This document shows, piece by piece, positions 8,965 to 17,657 of a DNA stretch of 64,000 bases. Below the pieces are notes generated by a model. The model did not search any database and was not told the DNA's origin. It saw only the letters and a list, made by a program, of their open reading frames with translations. The translations under genes were made by a program, and so were the position numbers. This DNA comes from Gaiellaceae bacterium. Its GTDB lineage: Bacteria > Actinomycetota > Thermoleophilia > Gaiellales > Gaiellaceae. The first letter of the stretch is position 1. Each line of letters opens with the position of its first letter. Where the stretch lies: positions 42,964 to 106,963 of the forward strand of contig DAITAO010000001.1 of NCBI GenBank assembly GCA_036824245.1, given 5' to 3'.

Positions 8965-10016
8965 TACTCCTCCTCTCGCCGGTAGATGGGCTTGCGGACC
9001 ACGCGCGCACGGCGCGGACGGCCGCGCACGTCGACGGTCAGCGAGGTGCCGGGCTCGGCGAGCCCTGCTTGCACGTAGCCCATGCCGATGCCCCGCTCGA
9101 GCATGGGCGAGTGTGATCCCGAAGTCACTTCGCCACCCTCGACGATCGCCATGCCCTGCCTGGGAACGGCACGCTCCTCCATGACGAACGGCACCAGTCT
9201 GCGTTCCGGCCCCTCCGTGCGGATGCGGCGGATCACATCGGCCCCCGTGAACTCTTTCTGCTGCGCGCACGTCCAGCCGAGGCCGGCCGAGATCGGATCG
9301 GTGTCGGGGCCGATGTCGTTGCCGTGCAGCGGATAGCAGACCTCGAGCCGAAGGCTGTCCCGCGCACCAAGCCCGCAGGGAGTGGCACCGCGTGCGAGCA
9401 CGCGCTCCCAAAGCGCCTGCGCATCGTCGACCGCGGCCAGCAGCTCGACGCCTTTCTCGCCCGTGTAGCCGGTGCGGTTGACCATGCAGGGAACGCCGTC
9501 GACGTCGCCTTCCGCGAAGGTGAAAGCGGGTGCGTCGTCCAGGCCGAGGCGCTCCAGCGAATGCGGTCCCTGGACGGCGAGCAGCGCATAGTCGTCGGAG
9601 ACGTCGCGCACGTCCGAGCCGGCGATCTCGCGCTCCTTGACCCAACCGAAGTCCGTCTCGCGATTCGACGCGTTCACGATCAGCAGGTAGCGGAAGCTGC
9701 TCACCCGGTACGCGATCAGGTCATCGAGGATGCCTCCGCGCTCGTTGGTGAGCAGCGTGTACTGCGCGTTGCCGTCGTCGATGCGGTCGAGGTCGTTCGA
9801 GAGCAGCGACTGGAGCAGGTCGTACGCCTTCGGCCCTTCCACCTCGAACTCGCCCATGTGGGAGACGTCGAACACGCCGCAGTCGCGGCGCACCGCCCGA
9901 TGCTCGGCGGCCACGCCCTCGTACTGCACGGGCATCTCCCAGCCGGCGAACGGCACCATGCGCGCCCCGGCGGCGCGGTGCAGCTCATCGAGGGGCGTCC
10001 GCCGCAGCGTCTGCAT
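8964..10016 (-). CDS. gcvT: aminomethyltransferase (glycine cleavage T protein)
   Basis: 350 aa. RTPLDELHRAAGARMVPFAGWEMPVQY and DVSHMGEFEVEG are typical GcvT motifs. Confidence 0.93.
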   Translation of the reverse strand: MQTLRRTPLDELHRAAGARMVPFAGWEMPVQYEGVAAEHRAVRRDCGVFDVSHMGEFEVEGPKAYDLLQSLLSNDLDRIDDGNAQYTLLTNERGGILDDLIAYRVSSFRYLLIVNASNRETDFGWVKEREIAGSDVRDVSDDYALLAVQGPHSLERLGLDDAPAFTFAEGDVDGVPCMVNRTGYTGEKGVELLAAVDDAQALWERVLARGATPCGLGARDSLRLEVCYPLHGNDIGPDTDPISAGLGWTCAQQKEFTGADVIRRIRTEGPERRLVPFVMEERAVPRQGMAIVEGGEVTSGSHSPMLERGIGMGYVQAGLAEPGTSLTVDVRGRPRRARVVRKPIYRREEE

Positions 10017-10054
10017 GCGCCGCGGATGCTAGCCAGCTAGCTGGCGGCTGCGAG

Positions 10055-11134
10055 CTAGGAGTCGTCGCGGAGGAACGACGGGATGTCGATCTCCTCCGGA
10101 GTCTCGAAAGGCTCGCCGACCGGCTCGCGCCGCACCTCCACCGGAACGGCCGTTCCCTCGCGGCGCCGGCGGCGCAGGCGTGGGGTGCCGAAGCCGGTCG
10201 CGATCACTGTTACCCGCACCTCGTCGCCCACGGATTCGTCGATCACCGCGCCGAAGATCACATTGGCGTTCTGGTCGGCGGCGCCCGTGACGACCTCGGC
10301 CGCCTCGTTGACCTCGAAGAGCCCCATCTCGGGCGGCCCGGTGATGTTGAGCAGTACTCCCGTCGCGCCTTCGATCGACGCCTCCAGCAGAGGCGAGGAG
10401 ACGGCCGTACGGGCCGCCTCTGCTGCCCGACTGTCGCCTGACGCGACGCCGATTCCCATGAGCGCCGAGCCGGCCTCGCGCATGATCGTGCGCACGTCGG
10501 CGAAGTCGAGGTTGACGAGCCCGGGCACCGTGATCAGGTCGGTGATGCCCTGCACGCCCTGGCGCAGGATGTCGTCGGCAATTCGGAACGCCTCGACGAT
10601 CGACGTCTGCTTCTCGACCACCTGCAGCAGCCGGTCGTTCTCGATCACGATCAGCGTGTCGACCTGTTCGGACAATTCCTGGATGCCCGTCTCGGCCTGG
10701 TCTCCGCGCCGCCGCCCCTCGAAGGAGAACGGCCTCGTGACGACTCCGACCGTGAGCGCTCCAATCTCGCGTGCGAGCTCCGCGACGATCGGTGCGCCGC
10801 CGGTTCCCGTGCCGCCGCCCTCGCCCGCTGTGACGAAGACCATGTCTGCGCCCTTCAGCGCCTCCTTCAGCTCGTCGCGGCTCTCCTGCGCGGCTGCTTT
10901 GCCGACTTCCGGATCAGCGCCTGCACCCAGGCCGCGCGTGACACCCGCGCCCACCTGCACCTTGATGTCGGCGTCCATCATCAGCAGCGCCTGGGCGTCC
11001 GTGTTCACCGCGATGAACTCCACGCCCGACAGGCCGGCCTCGACCATCCGGCTTACGGCGTTCGTGCCGCCGCCGCCTACACCGGCGACCTTGATCACGG
11101 CCAGGAAGTCCCGGCTTTCGTCGCGCACTCTCAA
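10055..11134 (-). CDS. ftsZ: cell division protein FtsZ
   Basis: 359 aa. Tubulin signature [10 protein letters not shown] and [15 protein letters not shown]-terminal DIPSFLR peptide. Confidence 0.97.
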   Translation of the reverse strand: MRVRDESRDFLAVIKVAGVGGGGTNAVSRMVEAGLSGVEFIAVNTDAQALLMMDADIKVQVGAGVTRGLGAGADPEVGKAAAQESRDELKEALKGADMVFVTAGEGGGTGTGGAPIVAELAREIGALTVGVVTRPFSFEGRRRGDQAETGIQELSEQVDTLIVIENDRLLQVVEKQTSIVEAFRIADDILRQGVQGITDLITVPGLVNLDFADVRTIMREAGSALMGIGVASGDSRAAEAARTAVSSPLLEASIEGATGVLLNITGPPEMGLFEVNEAAEVVTGAADQNANVIFGAVIDESVGDEVRVTVIATGFGTPRLRRRRREGTAVPVEVRREPVGEPFETPEEIDIPSFLRDDS

Positions 11135-11194
11135 GGGTCCTCTACCTCAACCTCAAGTACAAATTGAGCCATTCGTCCATGGGCAGGCGATCAG

Positions 11195-11223
11195 AGGGTA
11201 CGCCTGCCCACCCAACCTGTCAA
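11195..11223 (-). promoter_or_regulatory. candidate ftsZ promoter TTGACA-N17-TACCCT
   Basis: On the minus strand, TTGACA (11223-11218), a 17-nt spacer, then TACCCT (11200-11195), about 60 nt upstream of the ftsZ GTG. The -10 sits in the loop of a perfect 9-bp inverted repeat GGGCAGGCG/CGCCTGCCC (11181-11209). Confidence 0.5.
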
Positions 11224-11243
11224 ACCAAAAAAAGCATGCTCGC

Positions 11244-12095
11244 CTAAAGCTCAACCTGAGAGTTGAGAGTTGCATCTCCACCGCCGACCACTCGTGTTGG
11301 GTCGGTCAGGTCGAGGTAGCGCAGGGCGGCCTGTTCATCCTCTTCGATTGAGCCGAGCACGGCGGCAGCGGCGGCAAGCTTGCTCGCTACCTGGCGCGCA
11401 CTGCCGAGCCGCAGCTGCAACCCTGACTCCCTGAGCACGACGGTGAGCTCGCCGGGGCCGATCTTCACCGTTCGAAAGCCGGGCCGCGCCAGCAGGGAGC
11501 TCTCCGCCCGGAGCGCGTCGGCGAGGACACGGAGAGCCGGCACGATCCGCTCCGGAGCGCTTGCCCCCGGACGGTCGGGAGCCTCGGCGCGCGGCACCCA
11601 TACGCGCGTCAGCGGTGGGTAGGGCTTCTGCACGAGCGGACGCAGTACGGCCCCGTGGGACGAGACGAGCCACGCGTCCGATCCGCTGCGCAGGACCGCG
11701 ACGGCCCTGTCGGGCTTGACCACGATGCGGAGCGTGTTCGGGAACGCACGGTCGTAGCTCACCCCGCGCACCTCACGGAGACCCTCGAGCCGATCGTGAA
11801 CGGCCGACCCGTCTAGCGCCAGCAGGCTCTCGCCCATGAGAGGCGCGAGCGCCCTCCGCACGTCACGCTCGAGGGCGGGCGGCGCGCCCTGCACGGCGAG
11901 TGTACGGATCGCGAACATCGAGGTCTGTCGCGCGAGCGCGAACACGATCAGACCCGCGACCAGCAGCGCCACGCCTGCCGCGAACGATCGGGCTGAAGGG
12001 ACGAACCGCTCGAGGTTCAGGCGTGGGACGCTCGCAGGCGAGCGACGCAGCCTGAGGACAGCCTGGCGGGCAGGGGGGCGACGGCGCTCCTCCAC
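11244..12095 (-). CDS. ftsQ: cell division protein FtsQ (POTRA domain)
   Basis: One TM helix (FAAGVALLVAGLIVFAL) followed by a POTRA-like region (FAIRTLAVQGAPPALERDVRRAL). Position between murB and ftsZ. GTG at 12095 is proposed as the start; the listed ORF start at 12323 overlaps murB. Confidence 0.75.
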   Translation of the reverse strand: MEERRRPPARQAVLRLRRSPASVPRLNLERFVPSARSFAAGVALLVAGLIVFALARQTSMFAIRTLAVQGAPPALERDVRRALAPLMGESLLALDGSAVHDRLEGLREVRGVSYDRAFPNTLRIVVKPDRAVAVLRSGSDAWLVSSHGAVLRPLVQKPYPPLTRVWVPRAEAPDRPGASAPERIVPALRVLADALRAESSLLARPGFRTVKIGPGELTVVLRESGLQLRLGSARQVASKLAAAAAVLGSIEEDEQAALRYLDLTDPTRVVGGGDATLNSQVEL

Positions 12096-12126
12096 GAGCG
12101 CTCTTTCGCCGCCCGCCGCCGCGGTC

Positions 12127-13026
12127 CTACTCCGGGGGCAGCCGCTGGCCCGGCCGCGGAAGCTCGAGCTCCCCGAGCAGCTGCACCTCGTGCTCCAGCT
12201 CCACGCCGAACCGCTCTTGCGCGCGGCGACGGGCGTCGGCCATGAGAGCGAGCGCGTCGCGCGTGCGGGCGCCGTCGGCGTTCTCGATGAAGTTCGCATG
12301 GCGCGGCGAGATCTGGGCCCCACCGAGCCGGTGGCCGCGCAGACCGCATGCCTCCAGAAGGCGGCCCGCGGTGAGCTCGTGCTCCGGATTCTTGAAGACG
12401 CTGCCGAACGTGCGCTTGTTCGTCGGCTGCGCCGCTTTCCGCTGCGTCTGCATCGCCGCGACGGTTGCCTTGATCTCCTCTACCGGGCTCGGCTCGAGCC
12501 GCAGCTCGGCCTGCGCGACGACCTGGCCCGGCCGCAGCTCCGAGTGCCGGTAGCGCATACCGAGCTGCTCGGGCGTAAGCCACTCGGAGCCCTCGGACGT
12601 GACGACCAGCGCTCGCTCGAGTACCCCCGCGAGGTCGCCGCCGTACGCGCCCGCGTTCATCCATACGCCGCCGCCCACCGTACCCGGGATCGCACAGGCG
12701 AACTCGAGCTTGCCCAGACCGGCGGCGCGTGCCCGGTGCAGGCAGACCGCAAGAGCGGCGCCGCCGCCGGCGAGCAGGCGGTCACCCTCAGTCCGCACGC
12801 CCGCCAGCTCACCCTCGAGCCGGAGCACGAGGCCGTCGACCCCGGCGTCGGCGACGAGCAAGTTGGATCCGAGCCCGACGACCGCCACGTCGGTCCCGCG
12901 CTCCGCGGCCCAGCCGAGGGCATCCTCCAGCTCTGCGATCGTCTGCGGCCGCGCGAACCACCGTGCCGGGCCGCCTGTGCCCAACGTGGTGAAACGCGAG
13001 AGAGCAACCTGCTCTTCGATCCTCAA
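12127..13026 (-). CDS. murB: UDP-N-acetylenolpyruvoylglucosamine reductase
   Basis: Homology begins at LRIEEQVALSRFTTLGTGGPA (TTG at 13026, a TTGA overlap with the murC stop). The first ~368 codons of the 667-aa listed ORF are out-of-frame overlap with murC. Confidence 0.9.
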   Translation of the reverse strand: MRIEEQVALSRFTTLGTGGPARWFARPQTIAELEDALGWAAERGTDVAVVGLGSNLLVADAGVDGLVLRLEGELAGVRTEGDRLLAGGGAALAVCLHRARAAGLGKLEFACAIPGTVGGGVWMNAGAYGGDLAGVLERALVVTSEGSEWLTPEQLGMRYRHSELRPGQVVAQAELRLEPSPVEEIKATVAAMQTQRKAAQPTNKRTFGSVFKNPEHELTAGRLLEACGLRGHRLGGAQISPRHANFIENADGARTRDALALMADARRRAQERFGVELEHEVQLLGELELPRPGQRLPPE

Positions 13027-14216
13027 GCAAGCTCCTCGAGCACGAGCGGGACGGCCTGATCGACGTCTCCCGCGCCAAGGGTCAGCAGAGCGTCCCCCGG
13101 GCGGGCCCGGCGCGCCAGGAAACGGGCGCCGTCCGGCGCGTGCGGCGTCCACGCGACCGCCATGCCCGCACGGACCTCCGAGAGGGCGTCCACCACCTGC
13201 TTGCCGGAGACGCCGTCGACCGGCCGCTCGCGCGCGGGGTAGACATCGGTGACCGCCACGGCGTCCGCGTCGGCGAGCGCGGCGGCCAGCTCGCGCGCAA
13301 GATGCCGCGTGCGGGAGAAGAGGTGCGGCTGGAACAGCACGAGCACCCGACCCTCGTGCGCCTCCCGCACTGCCGCGAGGACAGCCGCCACTTTGGCGGG
13401 GTTGTGCGCATAGTCGTCGTAGACCGTGACGCCCGCGACCTCGCCGCGGCGCTGCAGCCGGCGCGCAACGCCCTGAAAGGCGGCCAGGGCCTTCGCCGCG
13501 GCGCTGCTGTCGACCCCGGCCGACTCGAGGGCGGCCAGCGCACAGGCTGCGTTGCGTCGGTTGTGCTCGCCCGGCACGGCCAGCTCGACGTCCACGGCTG
13601 GGAGGCTCGCGCCGTGCACGACCGTCGGCACGTGTGGAAGCCACTCGGCGAACAGTGCTTCGACCTCCGCACGAGAGGCGAACTCCGTGTGGTGGTCGAG
13701 ATCCACGTTCGTGACCACCGCGATGCGCGGACGCAGAGCAGCGATGGTGCGATCGGACTCGTCCCCCTCGACGACCAGCCAGCCCTGACCCGCGCGCGCG
13801 TTGCCGCCCAGCTGCGGCACCTCGCCGCCGATCACGAACGCAGGATCGAGCCCCAGACGATCGAGCGAGAAGGCGATCATCGCGGCGGTGGTCGTCTTGC
13901 CGTGCGCGCCTGCCACGACGATCGAGTCGCGGAGGGTCACCAGCTCGGCGAGCAGCTCGGCGCGCGTACGTCCGCTGATCAGACCGCGGAACGCAGTCGA
14001 GACGACGGTCTCCCAGCCGGCAGGGGCCTGCGGCGGCTCGGGAGCCACGGTCACATCGATGCCTGCCGCGCGCACGGCGCGCAGATAGGACGTCTCCACC
14101 CGGTCCCAACCGGCCACCTCGGCACCCCACGCCTTGGCGAGCACGGCATACCCGGAAAGCCCCGCGCCGCCGACGCCCGCGAACCAGATGCGGCGTCCTG
14201 TCAGACCGTCGCCCAT
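13023..14216 (-). CDS. murC: UDP-N-acetylmuramate--L-alanine ligase
   Basis: 397 aa. Has FAGVGGAGLSGYA, the P-loop VAGAHGKTTT, and DDYAHNPAKV. Confidence 0.9.
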   Translation of the reverse strand: MGDGLTGRRIWFAGVGGAGLSGYAVLAKAWGAEVAGWDRVETSYLRAVRAAGIDVTVAPEPPQAPAGWETVVSTAFRGLISGRTRAELLAELVTLRDSIVVAGAHGKTTTAAMIAFSLDRLGLDPAFVIGGEVPQLGGNARAGQGWLVVEGDESDRTIAALRPRIAVVTNVDLDHHTEFASRAEVEALFAEWLPHVPTVVHGASLPAVDVELAVPGEHNRRNAACALAALESAGVDSSAAAKALAAFQGVARRLQRRGEVAGVTVYDDYAHNPAKVAAVLAAVREAHEGRVLVLFQPHLFSRTRHLARELAAALADADAVAVTDVYPARERPVDGVSGKQVVDALSEVRAGMAVAWTPHAPDGARFLARRARPGDALLTLGAGDVDQAVPLVLEELA

Positions 14217-14217
14217 G

Positions 14218-15291
14218 TCAGGCAGAGGCCAGGCGGATCAACTCGTCTGCCACTTCCGCGGCCGCGTCAGGGCGCGCCGCGGCCAGCTGCGCGCGTGACA
14301 GCGCCGCGAGGCGCTGCGGGTCGTTCAGAAGCGAGCGCACCAGCTCGGGCACGCGGCCGAGCTCGCTCTCGGGCACGACGAGCACGCCGCCCTGCCGCTC
14401 GAAGTAGCCCGCGTTCTTCGTCTGATGGTCGGCGGTCGCGAACGGGTATGGAACGAGCACGGCCGGTAGGCCCGCAGCAGCCAGCTCCCACACCGACCCG
14501 CCGGCGCGTGCCAGCGCGAGATCGGACGCGGCGTAGGCAGCGCCGATCTCGTCCGTGAACGCCACGAGCCGATAGTCCTTGCGTCGCACGCGGGGCGCCA
14601 GGGCCGCATGGTCGCGGTGGCCGGAAAGGTGCAGCACCGGTGGCCCCGCGGCCCCGAAGCTCTCGACGGCAAGCTCGTTGAGCGCGCGTGCGCCCTGGCT
14701 GCCTCCGACCACCAGGAGCACGCGTCCGTCGGCGGGCAGGCCGAAGAGCACACGCGCCTCGACGCGGCCAGCGGGCAGCGACCGGCGCGGGATCGGCCGG
14801 CCGGTGACCAGGAACTTCCCGCCGCTCCGTCCCTCGAGCGGAAAGGAAAGGAAGACGCGCCGAGCGAACCCTGCGGCCAGCCGGTTCGCGAGACCGAGGT
14901 GCGCGTCCGCCTCCAGGAGCGCCGCAGGGATGCGCCGCCTTGCTGCCGCCGCCACCATCGGCCCCGAGACGAAGCCGCCGCCGCCCAGCACGATGTCCGG
15001 CCGGCGCGCCGCGAGTATCTGACCGCACGCGCGCAGCGCGCGCACGTCGGTGAGCAGCGCCCGCGCGAGCGCCACTCCCGGCCGGCGGGGCAGGCCGACC
15101 GCCCGAAACGAATCGAAGGCGTAGCCCGCCTCAGGAACGAGCCGCGCCTCGACGCGTTCCGGCGACCCGGCGAACGTCACGCGGACGCCGCGCTCCAGAA
15201 GCTGCTCCGCGACGGCGAGTGCGGGAAGCACGTGACCGGCCGTCCCCCCTGCCGCGATCAAGCACGCGAGCTCTTGCCGGTGTTGCGTCAT
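14218..15291 (-). CDS. murG: UDP-GlcNAc:undecaprenyl-PP-MurNAc-pentapeptide GlcNAc transferase
   Basis: 357 aa. N-terminal G-loop AAGGTAGHVLPALA and FATADHQTKNA. Confidence 0.92.
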   Translation of the reverse strand: MTQHRQELACLIAAGGTAGHVLPALAVAEQLLERGVRVTFAGSPERVEARLVPEAGYAFDSFRAVGLPRRPGVALARALLTDVRALRACGQILAARRPDIVLGGGGFVSGPMVAAAARRRIPAALLEADAHLGLANRLAAGFARRVFLSFPLEGRSGGKFLVTGRPIPRRSLPAGRVEARVLFGLPADGRVLLVVGGSQGARALNELAVESFGAAGPPVLHLSGHRDHAALAPRVRRKDYRLVAFTDEIGAAYAASDLALARAGGSVWELAAAGLPAVLVPYPFATADHQTKNAGYFERQGGVLVVPESELGRVPELVRSLLNDPQRLAALSRAQLAAARPDAAAEVADELIRLASA

Positions 15292-16366
15292 CTGCGGCGA
15301 TGTTAAGGAGGATGCCGGCGGCAGTGAGGCAGACGACGAGGCTCGAGCCGCCTGCCGACACGAATGGAAGCGGGATGCCGGTCAGCGGGGCGAGGCCGAG
15401 CACGGCCGCGAGGTTGACGATTGCTTGCCCGCAGACGAGCGTCGTGAGCGCCGCCGCGAGCCGCTTGCCGAAGGGGTCGCGGCAGCGCAGCGCGATGCGG
15501 AAGCCCGTGTAGGCGAAGACCGCAAACGCAGCCAGCACGGCCGTCGTGCCCACGAGGCCCAGCTCCTCGCCGATGATGGCGAAGATCATGTCCGTATGAG
15601 CTTCGGGCAGGTAGAAGTTCTTGAGGACGCTCTCACCTAGACCGACTCCGAATAGACCGCCCGAGCCCATGCCGATCATGGCTTGCAGCGTCTGGAAGCC
15701 GGTGCCGTCGGCGTCTTGCCACGGATCGAGGAAGGTGAGAAAGCGCTCGCGCCGGTACGGCTCCACCAGGACGGCGGCGAAGGCGAGTGTCAGCGCAAGC
15801 GCGCCCGCCCCGGCCAAGAGGCGCAGAGGCGTGCCCGCCACCACCAGCAGTCCGCCGACCATCACCATCAGCGTCACGGTCGTGCCGAGATCCGGCTCCA
15901 GCAGGAGCAGGCCGCAGAAGAGCGCCGTCACGACACCGAGCGGCTTGGCAAGCTCGCCGAACGTGCGTGGCGCGGGGCGCCGGCTGAGGTACGCCGCCGC
16001 CCAGACCGCGACGGCCAGCTTGGCCAGCTCGGAAGGCTGGAAGACCGCCGGGCCGACCATCAGCCAGCGCGTGGCGCCGTTGACGGTCTCCCCGACCACC
16101 AGCACCACGACGCAGAGGAACGCAGCCGCTCCGAGGAGGAGTGGCGACAGGTAGCGCAACACGCGGAAGTTGAGCCGTGAGACGGCGATCATCAGCACGA
16201 GCCCGGCGACCGCGTAGACGGACTGCCGCTTGAGGTAGAAGCCGGGGTCGCTGTCGCCGAGCGTCGCCGGTGCCGACGTGGCGCTGTAGACCATGACGAG
16301 GCCGAAGGCGACCAGGCCGAGAGTGACGAGGACGAGTAGCGTGGACTCGAGCTGACCCTTCTTCAC
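15131..16366 (-). CDS. ftsW: peptidoglycan glycosyltransferase FtsW (SEDS family)
   Basis: GTG at 16366 is preceded by AAGGAGG with an 8-nt spacer. About 10 TM helices. Has GLPLPFVSAGGSS. The frame stays open for 54 Arg-rich codons past the last TM, overlapping murG by 161 nt. Confidence 0.88.
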   Translation of the reverse strand: MKKGQLESTLLVLVTLGLVAFGLVMVYSATSAPATLGDSDPGFYLKRQSVYAVAGLVLMIAVSRLNFRVLRYLSPLLLGAAAFLCVVVLVVGETVNGATRWLMVGPAVFQPSELAKLAVAVWAAAYLSRRPAPRTFGELAKPLGVVTALFCGLLLLEPDLGTTVTLMVMVGGLLVVAGTPLRLLAGAGALALTLAFAAVLVEPYRRERFLTFLDPWQDADGTGFQTLQAMIGMGSGGLFGVGLGESVLKNFYLPEAHTDMIFAIIGEELGLVGTTAVLAAFAVFAYTGFRIALRCRDPFGKRLAAALTTLVCGQAIVNLAAVLGLAPLTGIPLPFVSAGGSSLVVCLTAAGILLNIAADDATPARARVLDRGRGDGRSRASRTRRRGAASGARRPRDVRRVAGTRRGAARS

Positions 16367-16436
16367 GCCCCTGGCCTCCTTCGGCTCCCGGCCGGCGGAG
16401 CCGGCGCGGCGAGTCGCCCCAACGACGTGAAGAGCC

Positions 16437-17657
16437 TCACAGTGCCTCCACGAGACGTCGGAAGTCGTCGCCTCGCTGCTCGAAGCTCTCGTACTGGTCG
16501 TAGCTCGCGCAGGCTGGCGACAAGAGGACGACCTCGCCGCGCTCCGCATCGCGGGCAGCGGCGGCAACTGCGCCCGCGATCGTCCCGACGCGCTCGTACG
16601 GCCGGCCCGTCGCACCGAGCGCTTCGGCGAGCTCGTCCGCGGCCTCGCCCACCAGGTAGACGGCGCGCACCCGCTCGGGGAGCCAGCGGGCGAACGCGCC
16701 GAAATCCTCGCCCTTGGCGCGGCCGCCGAGGATCAGGCGCACGGGAGCGTCGTACGCCTGGATGCCGCTCCGCACTGCGAACGTGTTCGTCGCGATCGAG
16801 TCGTTGACCCAGCGGACGCCGTCTCGCTCACGAACCAGCTCCAGGCGGTGCGGAACTCCTGCGAACTCACTCAGGGCGCGCGCGATCGCGTCGTCGCCGA
16901 TCCCCGCCGCCCGTGCCGCCGCGGTTGCCGCCGCCGCGTTCGCACGGTTGTGTGCGCCCGGCAGACGGGGCTCGGCCGGCAGCTCGTCGTCGGCCGCGAA
17001 CTGGATACCCTCGAGTCCCAGCCCGCGCGGCGCGATCTTGTGGCGTGCCCGCTCGAAGATGCGGAGCTTCGCCGCCGCGTACTGCTCGAGCGTTCCGTGG
17101 CGGTCGAGATGGTCGGGCTCGAGGTTGAGCAGCACCGCCACTTCAAGGTCGAGCTCCTGCACGTCCTCGAGCTGGAACGACGACAGCTCGCAGACGATCC
17201 ACGCGTCCTCGGGCGGGCTCAACGACGTGAGCGGCCGTCCCACGTTCCCACCCACGGCGACCGGGCGCCCCGCTGCATGGAAGATCGTCCCCAGCAGCTC
17301 GGTGGTCGTCGTCTTGCCTTTGGTGCCCGTCACGCCGACGAACGGGCGCGGCCGCAGGAGCCGGAAGCCGAGCTCGATCTCGCTCCAAACCGGCACGCCG
17401 GCCGCGCGCGCGGCGACCACCGGCGCTGCCTCGCCGGGTACTCCGGGGCTTTTGATCAGCACGTCGACGTCGCCCTCCACGACTCCCCCTTCGTGTCCGA
17501 GCAAAACTTCGACGCCTGCCGCCACAAGCCTGCCCGCGTCGATGGCGGGATCGCGATCCACGGCCACGACCTGGATGCCCCGACCTGCGAGCGCGAGCGC
17601 AGCCGCCTGACCCGAGCGTGCCAGGCCCACCACGACGGCGCGACGCGGGAGCTCCAC
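16437..17657 (-). CDS. murD: UDP-N-acetylmuramoylalanine--D-glutamate ligase
   Basis: Homology starts at VELPRRAVVVGLARSGQAAA (GTG at 17657, overlapping the mraY TAG). P-loop GVTGTKGKTTT. The upstream 214 codons of the listed ORF are shadow over mraY. Confidence 0.9.
   Translation of the reverse strand: MELPRRAVVVGLARSGQAAALALAGRGIQVVAVDRDPAIDAGRLVAAGVEVLLGHEGGVVEGDVDVLIKSPGVPGEAAPVVAARAAGVPVWSEIELGFRLLRPRPFVGVTGTKGKTTTTELLGTIFHAAGRPVAVGGNVGRPLTSLSPPEDAWIVCELSSFQLEDVQELDLEVAVLLNLEPDHLDRHGTLEQYAAAKLRIFERARHKIAPRGLGLEGIQFAADDELPAEPRLPGAHNRANAAAATAAARAAGIGDDAIARALSEFAGVPHRLELVRERDGVRWVNDSIATNTFAVRSGIQAYDAPVRLILGGRAKGEDFGAFARWLPERVRAVYLVGEAADELAEALGATGRPYERVGTIAGAVAAAARDAERGEVVLLSPACASYDQYESFEQRGDDFRRLVEAL

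Noticed and set aside
10017-10054. A glycine riboswitch upstream of gcvT.
   Set aside because: Only 38 nt separate the ftsZ stop and the gcvT start, which is far too short for even a single glycine aptamer. No GGAGAG...CACCG-type aptamer core is visible.
12127-14130. Very long N-terminal extensions in the listed ORFs for several genes: murB (667 aa), murD (620 aa), ltaE (482 aa), gcvPB (596 aa), gcvPA (498 aa), gcvH (358 aa), yajC (348 aa), hbd (390 aa), ftsQ, ftsW and the lipoprotein.
   Set aside because: The extensions overlap the upstream gene in another frame and are Arg/Pro/Gly-rich. Homology-like sequence begins at an internal GTG, TTG or ATG, often in a 4-nt overlap with the upstream stop. 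I used those internal starts.
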